Made by a program: the position numbers and the translations under genes. The notes under the pieces were generated by a model. The model did no database searches. It saw only the letters and a list, made by a program, of their open reading frames with translations, and was not told the origin of the DNA. A stretch of 64,000 nt of DNA, taken from assembly GCA_031258785.1 (NCBI GenBank), contig JAIRMJ010000014.1, positions 8,759-72,758 on the forward strand. Reading direction: 5' to 3'. Of the stretch, positions 57,899-64,000 are shown in pieces (within the stretch, counting starts at the first letter, position 1; each line of letters starts with the position of its first letter). This stretch comes from Holosporales bacterium. GTDB taxonomy: Bacteria; Pseudomonadota; Alphaproteobacteria; RUG11792.

Positions 57899-60181
57899 TT
57901 AAGCAACGTTGCCGATCTGGCCCTCATATGAGTAGTGGCCGGTTGATTTCGCCAGAGCGCCGAGCGTTTTAAATACTATCGCGAGAACTACTCCTGTCTT
58001 TGGTTTGATGTCGGCTTCTTTGAAGTTTGTCCTATAGATGCCTAGCCTGAGCTCGAAGCATTCGTCTTCGTATCGCACGGCGCCGCCGCAGGCTAAGTTC
58101 TTTTTCCCGTTCTTTCTCTTCAGATTTATGACCTGTGAGGCGGACAAGCTCCAGAGTGCGTTGATTTTCACTGCGCAGTTAACTCCAAACTGAGAGATCC
58201 CGTTCTTTTGTAAGCTGCTTTCTTTTGCATCATAAAAATAGCCAGCTCCTATTGTCACGTTCATGATGGTGGTTTCCGCTCCCAACTCTAAGAGACGCGG
58301 TTTTTCCGTTGCCGGCAGACCCACGTATCGCATCCTGAAGGCAAAATTGTCGTTCGGCTTCAAAGTAATTCTGCCGACTGTAGTGTTCTTTCCAGCAAAT
58401 TTTGATTTCTGTCTATTGCCGATCGCCTGAGACTTCCCTACGAAGATGTTAAGCCACCGCCTTTCGTTGTCATATACAGAGCTCTCGAATCCCACAGAAA
58501 CACGCTCTCCATGCTCTATAGCGTCATATCCGCCATATCTGCGAAGCGAATACAAGTTCAGATCGCTTGTGCTATCAAATATTGAGTCTTCGTTCTGCTC
58601 AAGATTAGCGCGTTTTCTGCTAGTTTCGACGCTGTTGAGTGCCACCTTGGGACCAAAGATAGCCATTTGGTTGGTATTTTTGAGGCGGCATGTATATGGG
58701 ACTGATACACTCACTTGGTTTTCTATGATAGGGAATATACGGCTTTTTGACGTGTTAGCGTGTCTTGTCTCGCTGATGCTATAGATGTCTGCCCTAAAGC
58801 CAGAATCGATCTCAAGAAGAACTACGTTGACGTTGATTGCTCTGCTCCAGCTCAGTTTGTTCGATATCCTGAAGAATTCCTTCGAGAATTCAAGAGACTT
58901 TTCCTTCTTCCTGTTGAGGTATGCTACATCACTGTCGAATGCCACGGTTCCACCCGCTATCCCTGTTTTCCTTGCATTAAGATTTATGTGGGGGCACAGG
59001 ACTGGTGCCGTATATTTGTCCGATGTTTGGTAATAGTGAGCTTCAGTTTTGAGAAAATAGTTGTGGTCGTATGAGTCCAATACCGCCTTGGAATCGTTGT
59101 ACTTTTCAGATAACCAATCATTATCTATGTGTCTTGCTGTTCCTATCGGGTAGATCGCTTTATATGTTACATCACTGGATCTGTTGAGTCTTATCGTAAG
59201 GCGTTTTTTATCAAATCGGGTGGAAATATACGTGGCGTCCACGTGCCATCTTGTATGTTTTGTTGGGTCAGGCTTCGCCTCAGTAGTTTCCGCTGTTGTG
59301 TCAAGTATTGTAGTTTCGCCAGTGGTGACCTCTTCTCCCTTTCTTTTGCCTGTTTTCTTTTTTAGGACGCTGGCAGAGATATCAAAGTCGCCATGTACGA
59401 ACTTCTGTCTGTATTCGCAGCCGGCCAACCACCGTCCTTTTGTACTGAAATAAGGGGTCATTCGCAGGTCCTTGTCCGGCGCTATCGCGATGTACACCGG
59501 AATGCCGACATACAAGCCGGTATCGCTGTGGTATCTCAGGATTGGGGTGAGTACCCCAGTCTTCCTCTTGACCTCGTGCGAAGGGTGAGAGAAATATGGC
59601 GTGAAGAAGATTGGTGTGCCCTTTATCCGAAGTTTCACGTTCTTGTAGATAAACTTCTGCGATTTCCTATCATAGATCACTTTCTCCGCCACCAGATCCC
59701 AAAGAGGAACACTGCACGACGTCTCTTTGCATGGGGAATACGTGGCATTTTCGAACGTGAAAACGTCCTTAACCTTAGTTCCTTTTTGTGCCTTAATCTT
59801 GGCACTATCCTTCAAGACAACGACAAGAGCTTTCACTATCGCGTTCTTCGTTGCAGCGTCGAGCTCCACGTTCTCGGTGGACAGAATGTCCCCGGTTGGT
59901 TCCTTTATCATCGATTTTCCTATCAGCTTTATCTTCCCCGTTTTCTTGTTATACTCTATGTTCTCAGAGTGGAGCTCTCGCACAGAACCGTCCTCCATAA
60001 GCTGCGTTACGATTACTCCTCCAGATGCCCTGATTACTCCGCTTGCTGGATCATACGAGATGTTCTTCGAGATCAGCGTTATCTCAGCAGTTGCGACACT
60101 TGCCACACTTGCCACACATACTACAAGTAGGATTAAGCGAAGAAATCCTCTCACTATACCGAACATACTCTCGCCCAGCAT
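57899..60181 (-). CDS. lptD: LPS-assembly outer-membrane protein LptD (OstA/Imp)
   Basis: The OstA N-domain is ISYDPASGVIRASGGVIVTQ...ENATYSPCKE. The LptD core is GTPIFFTPYFSHPSHEVKRKTGVLTPIL...GIPVYIAIAPDKDLRMTPYFSTKGRWLAGCEYRQKF. Likely start is M at 60181 or 60166, ahead of the signal peptide, rather than the track start at 60280. Confidence 0.88.
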   Translation of the reverse strand: MLGESMFGIVRGFLRLILLVVCVASVASVATAEITLISKNISYDPASGVIRASGGVIVTQLMEDGSVRELHSENIEYNKKTGKIKLIGKSMIKEPTGDILSTENVELDAATKNAIVKALVVVLKDSAKIKAQKGTKVKDVFTFENATYSPCKETSCSVPLWDLVAEKVIYDRKSQKFIYKNVKLRIKGTPIFFTPYFSHPSHEVKRKTGVLTPILRYHSDTGLYVGIPVYIAIAPDKDLRMTPYFSTKGRWLAGCEYRQKFVHGDFDISASVLKKKTGKRKGEEVTTGETTILDTTAETTEAKPDPTKHTRWHVDATYISTRFDKKRLTIRLNRSSDVTYKAIYPIGTARHIDNDWLSEKYNDSKAVLDSYDHNYFLKTEAHYYQTSDKYTAPVLCPHINLNARKTGIAGGTVAFDSDVAYLNRKKEKSLEFSKEFFRISNKLSWSRAINVNVVLLEIDSGFRADIYSISETRHANTSKSRIFPIIENQVSVSVPYTCRLKNTNQMAIFGPKVALNSVETSRKRANLEQNEDSIFDSTSDLNLYSLRRYGGYDAIEHGERVSVGFESSVYDNERRWLNIFVGKSQAIGNRQKSKFAGKNTTVGRITLKPNDNFAFRMRYVGLPATEKPRLLELGAETTIMNVTIGAGYFYDAKESSLQKNGISQFGVNCAVKINALWSLSASQVINLKRKNGKKNLACGGAVRYEDECFELRLGIYRTNFKEADIKPKTGVVLAIVFKTLGALAKSTGHYSYEGQIGNVA

Positions 60182-60504
60182 GCGGGCGCTTGATCCACAC
60201 CGTAGTGTATGTAATTTCTGCCGCCTAATCAAATGATTAACTGTGTTGGAGGTAGATGGCACTGCGTGTGTTCCATCCATGTATGGATTATTCTTCTCCA
60301 GTTTGAAAAAATGTGGTCAGCTTCGCAAAAATAAAAAATCTTGCAAATTTGTCCAAAATTTCTGAGATGAAGTCAATAATTGTGTTATGAATTCAACTAT
60401 ATAAGATTTATTGCGCAAAAAATTGTGAGGCAGTAATTTTTTAGTTGCATATTTTCTCGAAGTATATTAGATATTTGTATAATGTGATTGCGTTAATTTT
60501 GACA

Positions 60505-60951
60505 ATGGAGAATAAAATGCCAGAAACACTAACGGCAAAAGAGGTTGTGACCTGTACCACTGAGATGGCTTCTGCCTATTTCGCGAGTCATGACGTTCCT
60601 GTGGAGAGAATCCCAGAGGTTGTAAAAAAAATTTTTATCACTGTACTTGATGTTTCAAGGGACGCGAGTAACCTGAGACAAAGGCCGGCCCTGACACCGG
60701 CAGTGCCGGTAGATGAATCCATACACGAGGATTACATAGTATGTCTGGAGGACGGCAAAAAACTCCAGATGCTCAAACGGCACCTAAATACAGTCTATGG
60801 AATGACTCTGGAACAATACAGAGAACGGTGGGGCCTTCCCCCGGATTATCCAGGGGTCGCTCCGGGATACGCCAGAAGACGCAGCGCCATTGCGAGGATG
60901 ACAGGGCTCGGCAACAGCGGCAGAAAGAAGTTGATCGCTGTCAATCAGTAG
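60505..60951 (+). CDS. mucR: Ros/MucR family transcriptional regulator (variant metal-site residues)
   Basis: IVCLEDGKKLQMLKRHLNTVYGMTLEQYRERWGLPPDYPGVAPGYARRRSAIA aligns with Ros [46 protein letters not shown]. I prefer ATG at 60505 over the track start at 60445. Confidence 0.88.
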   Translation: MENKMPETLTAKEVVTCTTEMASAYFASHDVPVERIPEVVKKIFITVLDVSRDASNLRQRPALTPAVPVDESIHEDYIVCLEDGKKLQMLKRHLNTVYGMTLEQYRERWGLPPDYPGVAPGYARRRSAIARMTGLGNSGRKKLIAVNQ

Positions 60952-61296
60952 AGGCGCTGATAAAACTCATTTAAAGAAGTTGACCTATGGCTCAGCACGG
61001 TAACTCGGTGTTTGGGCCTAGGCTCTTTGCGTCGGACGCGCTGGCGAATCTCTCCGATTTACAGATCTGGTTGGAACGAGGACAGGCCGTGTTTGTTAGA
61101 CAAAGGCGAGGAGACGCCGTTTAGGGCCAGACATCGATTATATCCCCTTGTGGAATTTTTGCAATCAAAGTTCTATCTGTTGATGATAAATTGGGGAATT
61201 TTTTATCACTTTATTATATTTTTTGAATAAATCCACTACATTGTGGAGTTGGTCTGGCGTTGTCATGTTAGTGTCGTATAAAGAAGGACTTTTACT

Positions 61297-62070
61297 TTGG
61301 GGATCTCCATGGCATACACATCACAAGCAATTCAGAATCTATCTCAAAGCCCTATAGAAAAACAGAGTCGTATTGTGTGGGCTCCGTATGTACGGACCTG
61401 TGCAAAAGCATTTGTAGTGAGCATCTCAATCGCCAGCCTGACTGGGATTGCATACGCGTCCGAATTTTTTCCACTACATCACTCTACTTCGTCTAAATAC
61501 TACGATGAGCACGTGGAAAATCTTATTCTCAGGAGGCTTAAAAGTGATAGTGATAGTGAGGAGAACAACTTTGAGTTGATGAACGACAAGGGTAGACTGG
61601 CATATTCCAAAAAAATTGCTAAGGAATTTGCCGAGAACACTGTAAAAACTCCTAAAATGTTTGTAAACTGGATACGTGATAAGATGGAAGAGCTGTCTCC
61701 AAGTAGGAAGACAAGTGCCAAGAAGACTTGGAAGACAATCGACATCAGCCCGCCGGCATCGGCTTCACTTCTACGAGGACGAGATGGTGGTGCCTCCCCA
61801 GAGACAGTATTAACTCCCATGCAACGCAACGTTGAGGATTTGTCAGAGCTTAGTCCCAAAATGATAAAGCAACTTCTAATTGGTTATGGGATACCTACCA
61901 AGCTCGTGAATCCTTATAAAATTCTGGAAATAATAAGCTTCTTCCATGAATCCATGGAGGAGTCTGGACACAAACATGAAGATTTGTTGATGTGTGATGC
62001 TATCAGGGATGTGCTCGGGTCTAACGAGAACACGGCGGAGGTATTGAATTTCTTTAAACATGTTTATTAG
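61297..62070 (+). CDS. Hypothetical membrane-anchored protein
   Basis: 257-aa ORF with one hydrophobic segment (AFVVSISIASLTGIAYA). No known motif. Confidence 0.45.
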   Translation: MGISMAYTSQAIQNLSQSPIEKQSRIVWAPYVRTCAKAFVVSISIASLTGIAYASEFFPLHHSTSSKYYDEHVENLILRRLKSDSDSEENNFELMNDKGRLAYSKKIAKEFAENTVKTPKMFVNWIRDKMEELSPSRKTSAKKTWKTIDISPPASASLLRGRDGGASPETVLTPMQRNVEDLSELSPKMIKQLLIGYGIPTKLVNPYKILEIISFFHESMEESGHKHEDLLMCDAIRDVLGSNENTAEVLNFFKHVY

Positions 62071-62106
62071 AATCCTACCGAGATTTTGCTGAAAAGATAC
62101 GTGGCT

Positions 62107-62679
62107 CTAGTGTATTTCTTCTCCGGTTTTGGAGAAATTCCTCGGATACGCTTGGGCCTTCCCGTCAACGTACGGAGTGGTTGCCATGATCTCGCCAGTC
62201 TCGTAGAATGTCACCTTATCTCCTTCAAGCAGACCATTGTCATAGTACGAGAGTTCATATAGTCCACCTCCGTATATCTTAGGATAATATGTGAGGTTGC
62301 GCCCGTGCCTGACTCCATTCACGTACTCAGCTTCGCTTATTGTGTCACCGTATTCGTCATATGTGGTGTATGGGCCGTGTATCTTACCAGCAGCAAAGGC
62401 TGTGACTAGCTGTTTCATGCCATTTTCAAAGAACGTGGACATGGGACCTGTTTGCTCATTATGCATATATGTGATGATGGACATAACTCCACCGCTATCG
62501 TAGTACTGCCTCAGCTCGCCGTGTATCTCGTCATTCAGGTATGGGATCTCCGTTTGTATCCTTCCGTCAGAGGCAATAAATCGCGTCATCCCGTTCTTTT
62601 TTCCGTTACTGTATTTGATGACTATCTTGCCGGTTGGAATCTCGTTTACGAGTTCTCCGGAAAATTCAGTGCTTACCAT
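62107..62679 (-). CDS. MORN-repeat-variant (YwqK-like) protein
   Basis: Repeated Y-x-N/D-G-x(3-5)-G units (YSNGKKNG, YLNDEIHGELRQYYDSGG, FENGMKQ, YVNGVRHGRNLTYY, YYDNGLLEGDKVTFYETGE). No signal peptide. Confidence 0.75.
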   Translation of the reverse strand: MVSTEFSGELVNEIPTGKIVIKYSNGKKNGMTRFIASDGRIQTEIPYLNDEIHGELRQYYDSGGVMSIITYMHNEQTGPMSTFFENGMKQLVTAFAAGKIHGPYTTYDEYGDTISEAEYVNGVRHGRNLTYYPKIYGGGLYELSYYDNGLLEGDKVTFYETGEIMATTPYVDGKAQAYPRNFSKTGEEIH

Positions 62680-62739
62680 TCGAGCCTCATCTCAGTCATA
62701 TCTCCCACCTCTTGCCTTTTATTTGGAGTGTCTTGAAGA

Positions 62740-63420
62740 CTACGTGGTTTCTCCAACTGCTTTATTGATACATTTCTCGAAAACCTTGACGCGCTCTTCT
62801 GGATTCATTGATCTGAGATTGAGTTTATTCTGGTCGCAATATCCCTTTAGCATGTCTCTCATGCTGCCGATTATAGGCATTGCCACAATCTTTATCTCTA
62901 TGATTTTTCCAGGCACTCCACCTTTGCCTAATGTGTAATTTACTATCAGCTCTACGGTCTCTTCTGTTTGTTTGGTGTTAACAAGTTTGCAGTTTACTAA
63001 AATATTCTTTTTCTTCTTAGTGACAGTCTTTTCTGGGGCCATTTCGCAGTCTTGAAGTGTCTTCCTAACGGTTTCACTAGATAATCGCCACCTGAGGTAT
63101 TTTATGATCACCTTTTTGCTTTCTGGCGTTGAGGCGCCACATGCTCTTTTTGAAATCTTTTTTGTATCACAGACCTCTTCCAGAAATTCTCCAACTGCTT
63201 CCATAGTTGTCTTCGACTCATCCTTAAATTTCCGTAGTTTCCCGTATATCTCGTCAGTCTTTGCCTTCACCTCGCTTTCGAGCTTTGCATTTTCGCTTGT
63301 AGCCTCCTTTTCTTGAGTTACCTCCGAGGCTGCTATCTGGAAATTTATGATCGCGACAATTGGTGATACCGCCACCGCCGCGCATATAGTCCTTTTGATA
63401 TAATTTTTTGGATTCCTCAT
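62740..63420 (-). CDS. Secreted hypothetical protein
   Basis: 226 aa with signal peptide (ICAAVAVSPIVAIINFQIAAS) and a Lys/Glu-rich helical N-terminal half. No known motif. Confidence 0.6.
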   Translation of the reverse strand: MRNPKNYIKRTICAAVAVSPIVAIINFQIAASEVTQEKEATSENAKLESEVKAKTDEIYGKLRKFKDESKTTMEAVGEFLEEVCDTKKISKRACGASTPESKKVIIKYLRWRLSSETVRKTLQDCEMAPEKTVTKKKKNILVNCKLVNTKQTEETVELIVNYTLGKGGVPGKIIEIKIVAMPIIGSMRDMLKGYCDQNKLNLRSMNPEERVKVFEKCINKAVGETT

Positions 63421-64000
63421 GATTCGTTCACTCCATCGGCTCCTACACTTACTCTTCTATTGTACCACACATTTTGGGCATATTTGGGGAAAATCCTGCT
63501 TTTTTGCACGTTCATCATTGTTACGTTGTGCAGTATCTCTGATTCCATCACGCTTCAGCATCTTAAAAATAACGCTGATGACTTCTGTTATCCTTCCTGG
63601 ATCCGGCAGCTATCCAGGATTACTGATGCGCCAGCTTCAAAATCTTATCTCATCACGCTCATGCCGTATCCTAGATTGCGCTATTGAAGATGTCCAATCA
63701 CGCTAAATCTACCTCGCATCCTATGGGTACCATTTGCTACTGAGTCACGAGAAAGTTCCCAGGGCATCTTATTGTTATTCGATCATGTTGGTCAGCCCAT
63801 GGTATCCGGAAGACATCACAGTGGTGTGTGACCTGTATTAGATCGCATGAAGTGAGTCAGCATGTTATTGCGCTCCATTTAGGCGAAAAAGAGATGGAGA
63901 CAAACACATTAACCGAAAGCTATTGCTGTGAATGTAAAGAGTGCCGAGTGCTATCGTTGTCAGTTGTCTGAACCACCAGGCCTGTACAGAATATTCCATA

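Noticed and set aside
59393-60236. 245-aa and 169-aa plus-strand ORFs
   Set aside because: They are antisense to lptD and are shadow ORFs.
1-64000. Looked for CRISPR arrays, IS elements or transposases, integrases, rRNA genes and toxin-antitoxin pairs
   Set aside because: I saw no regularly spaced direct repeats, no DDE, tyrosine or serine recombinase motifs, and no rRNA-like sequence. The YwqK-like protein has no partner toxin gene adjacent.

Overview
The window looks like a compact, host-associated alphaproteobacterial chromosome. GC content is about 45-50% by eye. The alphaproteobacterial call rests on a Ros/MucR regulator, a GTA-type HK97 portal, an rsmH-ftsL-ftsI block and ProP-like MFS transporters. 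I infer a Rickettsiales- or Holosporales-like lifestyle but cannot name the organism.

The backbone is housekeeping: ftsI, ftsL, rsmH, bioB, grpE, cysS, pgpA, mutL, yebC, an ABC-F ATPase, lptF/G, gyrA, uvrB, infA, lepA, rplU, rpmA, pepF, tamB, priA, holB, gmhB, a SulP transporter, lptD and mucR. Two tRNAs are present, Thr-UGU and His-GUG. Many genes share start/stop overlaps.

Between the backbone blocks sit several islets of lineage-specific genes, almost all with Sec or lipoprotein signal peptides:
- a three-member family of 610-655 aa secreted proteins, two of them in tandem
- a signal-anchored PPP-like metallophosphoesterase, divergent from a translationally coupled pair of secreted helical paralogs
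- two small secreted proteins that share a near-identical 80-nt RBS plus signal-peptide cassette
- a large Ser-rich protein with an ExoU/VipD-like patatin signature
- an orphan lipoprotein secretin
- a MORN/YwqK-like protein

I saw no CRISPR array, IS element, transposase or rRNA. Start codons are often ambiguous because the ORF track uses the longest ATG/GTG/TTG. All functional calls come from motif recognition by eye, not from database searches.
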